Origin: a virus
Taxonomy: Duplodnaviria > Caudoviricetes
Reading direction: 5' to 3' (one strand)
Length of the DNA: 53,842 bases
IMG/VR virus record: IMGVR_UViG_3300020125_000547
Location: 1 to 53,842 of that record
Shown here: positions 8,297 to 17,422 of the stretch, piece after piece
Numbering within the stretch: position 1 is the stretch's first letter
How the letters are laid out: each line of letters starts with the position of its first letter
Program-made: the position numbers and the translations under genes
The notes under the pieces: model-generated
Database searches by the model: none
What the model was told of the DNA's origin: nothing
The model's input: the letters and a program-made list of their open reading frames with translations, nothing else

Positions 8297-8376
8297 GCCT
8301 GCGCCGGGCCACTAACCACGCTCGATTTGCGAGAAAACCCGGCGGAATTGATCGCAATAGCAACGTATGGCAACAT

Positions 8377-8898
8377 ATGGTCATGAGCAGACCGAGAGGA
8401 AACCCGAACTGGAAGCCCGGCGTGAGCGGCTTCCCCGCTGGCCGGCCGCGGACCGGCACCAGCCTCACGTCGATGATCCGGAGCAAGGTCCCCCTGGACG
8501 AGATCGTCTACCTCTGGCAGGCGATGGCCTGGGGCGAGCCGGTCGTCCGCGACGCCGAGTACATGCGCCGCCTCTGTGAAGCGCGCGCCGCCGGCGAGCC
8601 TGACCCGCCGCGCCCGGCGGCCGCCGAGGTCGTCTACCCGACGATCGACCAGCAGCAGTCGGCGATGAAGTTCCTCGCCGAGTGGGGCTACCAGCGCCCG
8701 GCCGAGCGGCTGGAGATCGCGCCGGCGCCCGAGGCGGACCTGAGCGCACTCACCGACGAGGAGCTCGAGGTCTACGAGCGGCTGCTCGCGAAGGCGTCGG
8801 GTGCGGCGCTACCACCGAGCGCACCGCCGGCATTGCCCGGCAGGGTCATCGACGCGATCGGCGTCGAGGTCGCGGCGGCGCTACCGCCGGGGCGCTAG
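8377..8898 (+). CDS. terS: Terminase small subunit candidate (DUF5681-like N-terminus)
   Basis: GNPNWKPGVSGFPAGRP motif and C-terminal DLSALTDEEL..Y, both common in TerS. Confidence 0.6.
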   Translation: MVMSRPRGNPNWKPGVSGFPAGRPRTGTSLTSMIRSKVPLDEIVYLWQAMAWGEPVVRDAEYMRRLCEARAAGEPDPPRPAAAEVVYPTIDQQQSAMKFLAEWGYQRPAERLEIAPAPEADLSALTDEELEVYERLLAKASGAALPPSAPPALPGRVIDAIGVEVAAALPPGR

Positions 8899-9212
8899 TG
8901 CGAGGTCGCGCCCACGCGGTGCAGCCGGTACAGCCCGCTCCCCGGCGCAGTCACGTCGACGGGGATCCCGGCGCGGGCGTTCGCCTCGCTCGTCGCGAGC
9001 TGGAAGCGCACGCCTCCGGTCGCGGCCGCACCGCGCGCGATCACCCAGTACGGTGTCGCGATCGCCAGGCCAAGCGGCAGCTGCCCGGAGCTCAGCGCCA
9101 GGAACGGACCCTCGCCGGTCGTAAGCGTCCGGTCGCTCGCGAACAGCGGGCCGTGCACGCTGTCGCCGGCGGGCGAGGGCGTGAAGTAGATCAGGTGGTC
9201 TAGCGGCGGCAC
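8895..9212 (-). CDS. Free-standing copy of the repeated virion domain (TGDGP...YWVI...LATS)
   Basis: TTGEGPF...LPLGLAIATPYWVI...FQLATSEANARAG..VDVTAPGSG; GAGGAG RBS. Confidence 0.65.
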   Translation of the reverse strand: MPPLDHLIYFTPSPAGDSVHGPLFASDRTLTTGEGPFLALSSGQLPLGLAIATPYWVIARGAAATGGVRFQLATSEANARAGIPVDVTAPGSGLYRLHRVGATSH

Positions 9213-10222
9213 GGGCGCATCTCCTCGAGCGTGTCGCCCGGCAGCGGCCCGGGATCGATCAAGCGAACCGACGCGCGGTAACCGCTCGGCGCCGTGGACC
9301 AGCCGCGCCACTCCATGAGGTACCAACGATCGTCGAGGATCCCCGCGCGGCGGATGCGCCCCTCGAAGATCTCGCCGGCGTAGGGCACCCAGCGCTCGGC
9401 GACAACGAGCGGGACCGGCGGCGGCTCTGAGCCGGCACCACCAGCGATCCAGGCGCACGCGGCCCGCACGTCGGGGTGCTCGGCCTGCGGCTTCGTCAGG
9501 GCCGAGGACAGCGCCACGAGTCCGCGCATGACGTCGGCCGAAGGTCGGGGCATTGCAGCCTTGGCCGCGGTGACGACCGCTGACAGCGGCTCGCCCTCGA
9601 CCCCGAGCGCAGCGCCGATGTCGCGGAGCGCGACCTGCTGCGCGTGCGCGTTGGCCTGGATGTCCTGCAGCCCCGCGGCCGCGGTGCGCAGCGCCGACGC
9701 CTTGTCGCGGATCGCCTTGGTGATCTCCCCGACCCAGTCGGCCGCGACGAAGCCTGCGTCGAGCCGGAGGTCGGCCGCGATCGTGGCGAGTGCGTTGAGC
9801 GCGGTCGTGAACTGGGCCTGGCGCTCGCGGCGCAGGGACCGCTCCTCGTCTCGTTCCCGGCACGTCGCCTTCGCTGCCGCCACCGTGCGCCCGAGCCAGC
9901 CGCCCAGGCCGGCGTCGACGCCGAGCGCGCCGGCGACGTCGAGGAGCCCGCGCTCGACCGGCGTCGGTTCGGGCAGCAGGGAGAGCCCCCAGCCGCACCC
10001 GGTCGAACAACGACCGCCGGTGCGGTCACCACTGCAGCCGCCGCAGAGGTCGTTCGCCGGGGCGAGCTCGGGCTCGATGTTCGCGTCCGGCCCCGCTAGT
10101 TCGATCGCGCGAGCGGCGATCTCGCGCACCATCTGCGTCGTGGCTGCCCGAATGCCTGGATCGGCCGGCAGCGCATAGCGCTCGTCCATAATGAGACGCG
10201 TGATCTCCTCGATGTCGCGCAT
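9200..10222 (-). CDS. Coiled-coil-rich hypothetical protein
   Basis: ATG 10222 overlaps the upstream stop; helical repeats and a Cys cluster. Confidence 0.6.
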   Translation of the reverse strand: MRDIEEITRLIMDERYALPADPGIRAATTQMVREIAARAIELAGPDANIEPELAPANDLCGGCSGDRTGGRCSTGCGWGLSLLPEPTPVERGLLDVAGALGVDAGLGGWLGRTVAAAKATCRERDEERSLRRERQAQFTTALNALATIAADLRLDAGFVAADWVGEITKAIRDKASALRTAAAGLQDIQANAHAQQVALRDIGAALGVEGEPLSAVVTAAKAAMPRPSADVMRGLVALSSALTKPQAEHPDVRAACAWIAGGAGSEPPPVPLVVAERWVPYAGEIFEGRIRRAGILDDRWYLMEWRGWSTAPSGYRASVRLIDPGPLPGDTLEEMRPCRR

Positions 10223-10767
10223 CACACCACCCCCAGTTTCCCGAGCTCGACGTGCACCGTCGCGAGGTCGACCTCGAGCGCCGCGGTGTTCTCGTGCTGC
10301 CCGAGCCGGCGCGCGGTCTGGAGGAGCTTCGCGTACAGCGCGCCGGCGATCGCGCGGAGGTTCGCGAGCTCGGCCGGGTCCGCGCCGACCGGCGTGCGCA
10401 GCCCGTTCGCGATCGCCGCGAGGGCGCGTTCGCTCGGCGGCGGCGCGACGTGGCGCGGTCCGGCGAGCAACTCCTCGGGCGTCGCGCGCTCGATCATCTC
10501 GCGCGTCACGTCGCCGTGGGGGACGGAGATCGCAGCCGGAAACAGTGCGTCGTACGCCGCGCGCCAGCCGTCGCGCTGGTTCAGCGGGTGTCCGTCGTGC
10601 CAATCGACGCGCCGGGTCTCGACCGTGATCGCCTTCGGCGAGACGCAGTCGTTGGGGTAGTTGGCGTTCTCGATCACCCGGCCGACGGCCGCGCCGCCGA
10701 TCCGGTCGTGATCGACCACCAGCAGGGTCACACGGTGAACCTCGGTCGGGATGGTTTCGTCGGTCAT
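10222..10767 (-). CDS. Hypothetical protein
   Basis: 181-aa ORF, GGAGG RBS. Confidence 0.65.
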   Translation of the reverse strand: MTDETIPTEVHRVTLLVVDHDRIGGAAVGRVIENANYPNDCVSPKAITVETRRVDWHDGHPLNQRDGWRAAYDALFPAAISVPHGDVTREMIERATPEELLAGPRHVAPPPSERALAAIANGLRTPVGADPAELANLRAIAGALYAKLLQTARRLGQHENTAALEVDLATVHVELGKLGVV

Positions 10768-11003
10768 TGCTGGCCCTCCGGCCGGAGCGCCGCGGTCTCG
10801 CGACGGGTCTTGCGCTCGTCCGCGAGCTCCTGCCCGTACCGCGGGCCGGTCTGGTAGCGCTGGCGCCGGAGCGTCGCGGCGCGCTCGATGCGGTGATAGA
10901 ACTGGCCGTCCGCGGTGACGGTCGGCACGAGGTCGAGGTGGCGTCGTCGGGTGATCCGGCGGCGGGCGGTGCGCTGGCTCGTTGCGCGTCGGTAGGTGCT
11001 CAT
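10764..11003 (-). CDS. Basic hypothetical protein
   Basis: ATGA coupling to the downstream gene. Confidence 0.45.
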   Translation of the reverse strand: MSTYRRATSQRTARRRITRRRHLDLVPTVTADGQFYHRIERAATLRRQRYQTGPRYGQELADERKTRRETAALRPEGQQ

Positions 11004-11226
11004 TGCACTCGGTCCCCTGCGATCGCCGTGCCGCGGCGCGCGGACGCGCAAGCGCCCGGGGCCGCGTCGCGGGCCGCGGTCGCGCCGGCCGAGTGTGGCG
11101 TAACAGATACAGGGACGTGTACCCGGCGCATCACAGACGCAACGCGTTAGACGCAGCGGGTCGTAGGTAAACTCGCGGTTTAGGAGCGCGCCCAACCGGG
11201 CATGCGAAAAGCATTGATAAGGGGGT

Positions 11227-12600
11227 ATGACGACTTTCAAGGCGTTTCCAGCCGGCCGGGTTGAGGCCGCGCGCGACGAGCTCGCGAAGGCGCAGCGCCG
11301 CCTCGAGCGCGCCGCGGTGCGCGCCGGCCAGGACGCGCCGGCCGCTCCGGCCGCTCCGGTGCTCACTGTGGTGCGCGAGTACGTGCTGAGCCGCTGCGCC
11401 AGCTACAGCGGCTGCGGCCGGGAGTGGGAGGGCGTCGGCCCGTGCCCCAGCGGGCGGACGTGCGGCCCGGTCAAGCGCCGCGCGCTGGTCGACCTCGAGC
11501 TCCAGGCGCCGCCGGCGCGGCTCGCGGGCTGGGACTTCCTCGCGGTCGTCGAGCCGCTGACCGGCGGCAATCTGATCCGGCAGGTCCCCGGCGCCGAGGT
11601 GGCCGAGGGCGAGCTCGCCGCGTGGCGTATGGGCCCGATCGCGTGCGACCACTGCAAGGCCGCGCGGCACCGCAAGGAGACGTTCATCCTGCGCGGCGAG
11701 GGTGTGGAGGTGCCGGCCGGCATGGTCCGGGCCCGGGTCTACAAGCAGGTCGGCCGCCAGTGCTTGGCTGCGTTCCTCGGCGGCCGGAGCGCAGCCGACA
11801 TCGTCGCCCGGTTGGGTTGGGACGCGATCGTGCGCGGCGCGGGCGGCGAGGAGGAGGAGGAGGGCTTCGGTGGCGGGCGCGGCGCCCTCGACCTGTACGA
11901 CCCGGCCGAGTTCCTGGCCTGGTGCTGCGCGGTCGCGCGCCTCGACGGGTTCGTGACGCGGAAGATGGCGTCGGAGGCGAGCGACGCGGGCGGCGGCCGC
12001 CGCGCCACCTCGAGCGAGGTCGAGTGGATGCTCGGCCCGGCGCCGACCGGCGATAGCCGGCCCGACTGGGTGGCTGCACGCGAGCGCCTCGCGCCCACCG
12101 AAGGTGACCAGACCCGCGCCGCGGCGACCCTGGCCTGGGCGCGCGCGCTGCCCGGTCGCGGCGACTACGAGCAGAGTCTCCGGCTGGTCGCCTCGCAGGA
12201 AGCCTGCCAGCCGAAGCACGCCGGGATCCTCGCGAGCGCGGTGCCGGCGTACGAGCGTGAGCTCGGCTTCGCGGTGAAGCGCGCGGCGCGCGGCCCAGGC
12301 GAGCACTACGGCGCGGTCGGGGAGCGCTACGAGCTCACGCTCACGGTCGAGAAGGTGGTGCCGATCGAGGGCGGGCAGTGGGGCCCGGCGGTGATCGCGA
12401 CCATGCGCGACGCGGCCGGCCGGTGCTTCATATGGCGGACCACCTCGAGCCCGGGCGCGGTCGGTACGACCCTCGCCCTGAAGGGCACCGTGAAGAAGCA
12501 CAGCGAGTTCCGCGGCGAGAAGCAGACCGAACTGACCCGGTGCCGGGTGGAGCGTCCGAAGGCGACGGAGGCAGGATCCGCGCCGTCGTGCGCGTCCTAG
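11227..12600 (+). CDS. Conserved phage protein with CxxC motifs and C-terminal OB-fold-like domain
   Basis: CDHC...R.RKET, QVGRQCL..FLG, HYGAVGER...LKGTVKKHSEFRGEKQTELTRC. Confidence 0.7.
   Translation: MTTFKAFPAGRVEAARDELAKAQRRLERAAVRAGQDAPAAPAAPVLTVVREYVLSRCASYSGCGREWEGVGPCPSGRTCGPVKRRALVDLELQAPPARLAGWDFLAVVEPLTGGNLIRQVPGAEVAEGELAAWRMGPIACDHCKAARHRKETFILRGEGVEVPAGMVRARVYKQVGRQCLAAFLGGRSAADIVARLGWDAIVRGAGGEEEEEGFGGGRGALDLYDPAEFLAWCCAVARLDGFVTRKMASEASDAGGGRRATSSEVEWMLGPAPTGDSRPDWVAARERLAPTEGDQTRAAATLAWARALPGRGDYEQSLRLVASQEACQPKHAGILASAVPAYERELGFAVKRAARGPGEHYGAVGERYELTLTVEKVVPIEGGQWGPAVIATMRDAAGRCFIWRTTSSPGAVGTTLALKGTVKKHSEFRGEKQTELTRCRVERPKATEAGSAPSCAS
12574..12600 (+). promoter_or_regulatory. 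ECF-like promoter motif copy 6 (GGATC-N15-GTCCTAG)
   Basis: 6 nt before the sspB ATG; its TAG is also the upstream stop. Confidence 0.75.
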
Positions 12601-12606
12601 GACCTC

Positions 12607-13113
12607 ATGAAGACCTGGATCACGTGGGAGCGCGAGGGCGCGCCAGCTGCGCGCGTCGAACTACCGGCCGAGGTCGCCGAGGAGATCGAGCGTCACGCGG
12701 CGGAGATCGGCGCGCCCGGCGCCGTTGACGTCGTCGCGTCGCTGGTGCGCAGCGTGGCCAGCGAGCTCCGCCAGCGGCCGCCGTTCGACGGCGAGGCGGC
12801 GGCTGCGACGCTGCGAGCGCTGCTCGACCAGGGCGCGGTGATGCTCACGCTCCGGCCGCAAGCGCACGGCGTCGACGTCCCCGAGGCGCTCCGCGACAGC
12901 CCGATCGTGACGCTGCGGTTCGGCTACGGCCTGACCCCGCCGATCCTCGGCCTGGAGGTCGACGCGGACGGGGTGCGTGGAACGCTGACCTTCGGCGTAA
13001 TGCCGTACTATTGCGTGATTCCCTGGCGCGCCGTGCTGATCGCGGCGCTCGAGCGTCCGACCGGGCCCGCCGCGCCGCCGGCATCACCGCGACCGAAGCT
13101 CAGGCTCGTGTAG
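12607..13113 (+). CDS. sspB: SspB-like ClpXP adaptor
   Basis: GVDVPEAL...TLRFGY..PPI.GLEVDADGVRGTLTFG..PYYCVIPWRAV; ClpX-binding-like tail RPKLRLV. Confidence 0.8.
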   Translation: MKTWITWEREGAPAARVELPAEVAEEIERHAAEIGAPGAVDVVASLVRSVASELRQRPPFDGEAAAATLRALLDQGAVMLTLRPQAHGVDVPEALRDSPIVTLRFGYGLTPPILGLEVDADGVRGTLTFGVMPYYCVIPWRAVLIAALERPTGPAAPPASPRPKLRLV

Positions 13114-13139
13114 GATCCTGATGCGGTGGCGCGTCCTAG
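13113..13139 (+). promoter_or_regulatory. ECF-like promoter motif copy 7 (GGATC-N15-GTCCTAG)
   Basis: 7 nt before ATG 13147. Confidence 0.75.
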
Positions 13140-13146
13140 GTGCCGA

Positions 13147-14238
13147 ATGCGCCACCGTCCCCAGCACGTCACAGGATCTCGCGAGCAGGTCCGCGCGGTC
13201 CTCGCCTACAAGAACACTCAGATCAACCGCAACGTCTCCCATGTTGGCCTGGGCGTCACCGCCCAACTCACGCAGAAGACGCTCCTCGCCGCCGGCTACC
13301 ATGCCGAGACGTGGGCGGTCGACAGCGCGCCGGAGCTCGAGCTCCGGCTCGCCGCGGCGCAGATGACCGCCGCGCGGGCCGGCGCTCATCCGGTCTCGCA
13401 CGTCGTCATCGCGGCGCCGTGGATCGAGGCTGTGCAGCTCCAGGGGATGATCGCGCGCCACCCGGACGTCCAGTGGGTCGTGGAATGTCATAGTAACTTC
13501 GGCTTCTTGCAGGCCGACCCGGCCGGCGCGCGGCTCATGCGCGACGCGGCGACGCTCGACGCCGGGAGCCACAACTTCCGCGTCGCCGGGAACTGTCGGA
13601 AGTTCTGCGACACGTGGGCCGCGGCCTACGGCGGCCGAATGATGCTCCTGCCGAACCTGTACGACGTCAGCACGATCGTCCCGGTCGGGCAGCGGCAACC
13701 CTGGCAGCCCGGGCACACGCTGCGCGTCGGACTGTTCGGCGCCGTGCGGCCGCTCAAGAACCACACGACGGCGGTCGCCGCGGCGCTGCGGCTCGCGGCC
13801 GACCTGCGCAACGACGTGGAGATCCACATCTCGGAGGGTCGGGTCGAGAGCGGCGGGGTGGCGCTCGACGCCGTCGCGCAGCTCGCCGCGAACGTGCCGG
13901 GCGCGCGGCTCGTGCCTTCGGGCTGGCGCTCGTGGCCGGAGTTCCGGCGCCTGGTAGGCACGATGCACGTGTTGCTGCAGCCGAGCTTCACCGAGAGCTT
14001 CAACGTCGTGACCGCCGACGGGATCGCGAGCGGCGTCGCCTCGGTGGTCGGCGACGCGATCGACTGGGTGCCGCGCGACTGGGTCGCGTGTGCCGACGAC
14101 GCTGGCGACGTCGCGCGGGTTGCGCGCCGGCTGCTCCACGACGCGCATGCGGTGGCCGCGGGCCAGGCGGCGCTGCGCGCGTACGTGGCCGATGGGCTGC
14201 GGCACTGGGCGAGCTACCTGACTGGGGGCGCGGTGTGA
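13147..14238 (+). CDS. GT-B glycosyltransferase (GT4-like)
   Basis: FGAVRPLKN and LLQPSFTESFNVVTADGIASGVASV motifs. Confidence 0.8.
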   Translation: MRHRPQHVTGSREQVRAVLAYKNTQINRNVSHVGLGVTAQLTQKTLLAAGYHAETWAVDSAPELELRLAAAQMTAARAGAHPVSHVVIAAPWIEAVQLQGMIARHPDVQWVVECHSNFGFLQADPAGARLMRDAATLDAGSHNFRVAGNCRKFCDTWAAAYGGRMMLLPNLYDVSTIVPVGQRQPWQPGHTLRVGLFGAVRPLKNHTTAVAAALRLAADLRNDVEIHISEGRVESGGVALDAVAQLAANVPGARLVPSGWRSWPEFRRLVGTMHVLLQPSFTESFNVVTADGIASGVASVVGDAIDWVPRDWVACADDAGDVARVARRLLHDAHAVAAGQAALRAYVADGLRHWASYLTGGAV

Positions 14239-14404
14239 TCACGATGCCATCCGAGTTCGACGCCGGGGTCGTGCGCGGTCACGATCCGGGCGACGAGGAC
14301 CCCGGCGAGCCGGCCGCGCGGCGCCAGATCCTCTGCGAGCGCCAGGCGTGGAAGGCCGACACGTTTCCTCTGCGGTTCGGGACGCCGATGGGGATGGCGC
14401 CGCG

Positions 14405-14674
14405 ATGACCGAGCCCGCGCGCCCCTACTCGACGCTGCGCGACGGGAAGATCGTCTGGGTCTATCCGGGCGAGGCGTTGCCGGCGGCGAAGGTCCGCTCG
14501 CGCCTCGAGACCGACTCGGAGGTGCGAACTCGTCTCAACGCCGAGATCAAGCGCCGCCGCGCGGCCGATCCCTTCTGGCTCTGGTTCAAGCAGCCCGGCA
14601 GCGGGAAGGACCTCGACGCCGACCTGAAGGAACTCGGGCTGCCGGCGCGGCAGATGGTCGACGAGGTCGGATGA
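14405..14674 (+). CDS. Hypothetical protein
   Basis: ATGA-coupled ORF. Confidence 0.55.
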   Translation: MTEPARPYSTLRDGKIVWVYPGEALPAAKVRSRLETDSEVRTRLNAEIKRRRAADPFWLWFKQPGSGKDLDADLKELGLPARQMVDEVG

Positions 14675-15201
14675 GCCTCCTCGCTCTCGAACTCGGCGCG
14701 CTGATCGCGCTCCTCACCGGCCTGTGGTCGCAGGTCGCCGCGTTCGCGACGTGGCTGTCGGGCTGGCTCATCGTGCGCCACCGGCTCGACTACTCGGCTG
14801 CGCCGCCGCTGCTCGCGTTCCTGCGCGCGACGTCGAGTCGGCACCGCGTCGCGGCGATGGGGGTGCACGGCTCCGACCTCGAGTACGTGCGCCCGCTCGA
14901 CCGGATCTGGCGCGTGTTCCACGTGCACACCGATCGGTCGTCGCACTGGTTCCTCGCCGGGCGGCGAGGTGGCCCGGGATGGCGACCGATCCGCTACTCG
15001 TTCCGCGCCGGGACGGGTGGCGAAGGCAGCAGCCACACGCCCGGCGATCACCAGGACGCACACCTGCTGGTGATCTCGTTCTTGCGCGGGACCGTTGACT
15101 GGCACGGGCTGCTCGCCGCGGTCGCGGCGTGGGCGGACGCCGGTGCCGGCGCGGAAGCGGAGCTCCGGGCCGCAGTCCAGGCGCTCCAGGATCTCGAATG
15201 A
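14671..15201 (+). CDS. Hypothetical protein with N-terminal transmembrane segment
   Basis: Hydrophobic N-terminus; ATGA overlaps at both ends. Confidence 0.55.
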   Translation: MSLLALELGALIALLTGLWSQVAAFATWLSGWLIVRHRLDYSAAPPLLAFLRATSSRHRVAAMGVHGSDLEYVRPLDRIWRVFHVHTDRSSHWFLAGRRGGPGWRPIRYSFRAGTGGEGSSHTPGDHQDAHLLVISFLRGTVDWHGLLAAVAAWADAGAGAEAELRAAVQALQDLE

Positions 15202-15500
15202 AGATCGGGATTGCTGGCTGTGGCGGGTGCCCGTTCCTCTACACCGGCAGCGAGGTGATCGAGCGCCGGTGTCGCGCGGTCGACCGGAGCCTGCCGGTCA
15301 ACACCCGGTCGCCCTACGGCGGCGAGCCGACGCCCGACTGGTGCCCGGCCCGCGAAGGCGTCGAGGTCCGGCTCGTAGCGCCGCCCGCGCGCAAGGTGAG
15401 CGCGCTCGCGAAGATGGCTGCGGCGCAGCCGACACGAACGCCGGGCGACCCCGATCCCTACGCGGGCGCGCTCGACGACTGGGGCTGGGACCTGGCCTAG
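15198..15500 (+). CDS. Small Cys-rich protein
   Basis: CGGCPF...C...PDWCP pattern common in phage small proteins. Confidence 0.55.
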   Translation: MKIGIAGCGGCPFLYTGSEVIERRCRAVDRSLPVNTRSPYGGEPTPDWCPAREGVEVRLVAPPARKVSALAKMAAAQPTRTPGDPDPYAGALDDWGWDLA

Positions 15501-17338
15501 CCCGCCCGCGCCGAGAATAGCGACACCCAGCCGACCTTCTTCGCGCGGCGCTCGCTGAGGCACTGGCTCATGTAGTCGATGCGGTCGTCGCGCGAGCCGT
15601 GTGGGAACGCCGCGAACTCGTCGACGAAAGTCTCCTTGCTGTCGCCCGGGGGCTTCACCAGCCACGCCGCGCCGTCGAGCAGGTAGATCAGGCCGGCCTC
15701 GAGCATAGGCTCCATGAACTCGGACCGCTGCGCCTTGTCGCCCTTGCCGGTCGGCTCGTAGTCCTTGACGACCGCGATCACGGCCTCGCCGGCTGCGTTC
15801 TTCAAGCCGTTGCCGATCGCCTCGCGAAGGTCCTGGATCATGCCCTCGCCGAGCGCCTTGTGCTCGATCCGGACGACGATCTTCGTCGTCCAGCCGGTGA
15901 GGTCGCTCGCGCGCGCGACCCCGCGCTTCATATGCTTCAAGGCGTCGTGCCAGCCGCACGGCCCCGGCGTCAGGTCCTCGAGCACGAACGCGCGCTCGGC
16001 CTTGCCGACGACGATCCCGAGCCCGAGCGCGCTCGCGGTCTTCTCGGTCGAGCCGCCGGTCGGGTCGATCGAGACCTCGACCCAATCGACGAGCAGCCGG
16101 CCGGCCTCGTCGCACTCGAGCACCCGCGCCGGCTCGCGCTCGCGCTCGGGCGAGATCCCGCGCGGCCGCATCCGCGGCGTGCCGTCGGCGGGGCCCCACG
16201 GGCTGTTGCCGTTGCCGCGAATCTGGAAGTATTTCCACAGGTTGAGCTTGAACTGGTTGCCCTCCTTGACGCCGGGCTCCTGCTCCATCTGCCCGGCGTA
16301 GCCGTGTGCGCGCAGCGTCGCCAGGCGCTCGGCGAGGTACTCGGGCGTGTAGCGGGCGTGCAGGACCTCGCCCTCCTCCTGGCGCCAGTCCTTCCACCCG
16401 AACGCGTTCGGCAGCCCGGCGACGCCGAGCTCGCACTGTCGACACTGGCACTTCGGCCGGCGCTTGAACCCCATCGGGATCCGCAGGTGGAACCAGCCGA
16501 GGTTGACGACGTGCTCGGAGAAGTCGCCCGGCCGCGCGCGCTGCATGATCGCGGTGCGGATGTTCCAGCGCGCGTCCGGTTGGCGCGAACTGATGTCGCC
16601 GTCGAACTTTTCGATCGCCTTGGCGATCTCTTCCGTCGTGTCATCCATCGCGTGCGCGTCGTCGAGGCAGGTCCAGTCGGAATCGAGCCCGATGACGTCG
16701 GAGCCCCACGCCTTTGCGCGCCGCGCGCCACCGGCGGTGTTGCCGATGCTCTGCAGCGCGTCCTGGTCGTCGCGGATGCGCCAGGCGCCGCCCTGGCTCG
16801 CGGGCCGACAGAGCACGAACAGGCGCTGGTACCAGTCGCCGGTGACGACGTCGCGGAACAGGCGCGCCGAGTCGAGCACGACGCCAGCGTTCGCCGAGAG
16901 GTACAGGATCCGAAGGAACGGCCAGCGAATCCAAGCCCATGCGTTGGCGAGGGTGAGCAGGATCGTCTTCAACGACCTGGGCGGGCAGTTGATCAGCAGG
17001 TTGGCTGCACGCGCGATCGCCGCCGGGTTGACCCGCTTGTGCATCGCGTCCTCGAGCTGCCCCTGGATGTGGAGGCAGATTGCGTCGAGATGCGGGCCCC
17101 ACTCGAGCGGCGTCGCTGCGAGCGCGGTTCGCTCCCACTGCTGGCGCGCGTAGTACGCGAAGCTCCGCTTGCAGCGCTCGGCGACGACGTGGTCGAGCGT
17201 GATCGGGACGTACTGGCGCTCCTCAGGCGGCGGAAGTGTCGGGCGCGGCGGCGCGGCGGCGTTCCGGCAGAGCGGGCAGCCGCCGGTGAGGCGCGCGAGC
17301 GCGTGGCCGCACGCGGCTGCCGGCGCGGCAGCGGTCAC
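15497..17338 (-). CDS. terL: Terminase large subunit
   Basis: LLINCPPRSLKT (Walker A), CLDDAH (Walker B), IMQR, SIDP and DDRIDYMSQ nuclease motifs. Confidence 0.92.
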   Translation of the reverse strand: MTAAAPAAACGHALARLTGGCPLCRNAAAPPRPTLPPPEERQYVPITLDHVVAERCKRSFAYYARQQWERTALAATPLEWGPHLDAICLHIQGQLEDAMHKRVNPAAIARAANLLINCPPRSLKTILLTLANAWAWIRWPFLRILYLSANAGVVLDSARLFRDVVTGDWYQRLFVLCRPASQGGAWRIRDDQDALQSIGNTAGGARRAKAWGSDVIGLDSDWTCLDDAHAMDDTTEEIAKAIEKFDGDISSRQPDARWNIRTAIMQRARPGDFSEHVVNLGWFHLRIPMGFKRRPKCQCRQCELGVAGLPNAFGWKDWRQEEGEVLHARYTPEYLAERLATLRAHGYAGQMEQEPGVKEGNQFKLNLWKYFQIRGNGNSPWGPADGTPRMRPRGISPEREREPARVLECDEAGRLLVDWVEVSIDPTGGSTEKTASALGLGIVVGKAERAFVLEDLTPGPCGWHDALKHMKRGVARASDLTGWTTKIVVRIEHKALGEGMIQDLREAIGNGLKNAAGEAVIAVVKDYEPTGKGDKAQRSEFMEPMLEAGLIYLLDGAAWLVKPPGDSKETFVDEFAAFPHGSRDDRIDYMSQCLSERRAKKVGWVSLFSARAG

Positions 17339-17422
17339 TGGTCAGCGAGGCGGTTTCCCGGGGACGTCGGCAGAATCACCCGGGAAGTATAACCTACTTG
17401 CGGCGTGAGCCGTGCCGGATGG

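Noticed and set aside
15599-17392. 597-aa plus-strand ORF and other long antisense ORFs (e.g. 32282-34522, 40618-42495, 23441-25084)
   Set aside because: Shadow frames of well-supported genes in high-GC DNA; Arg/Ala/Gly-rich with no motifs
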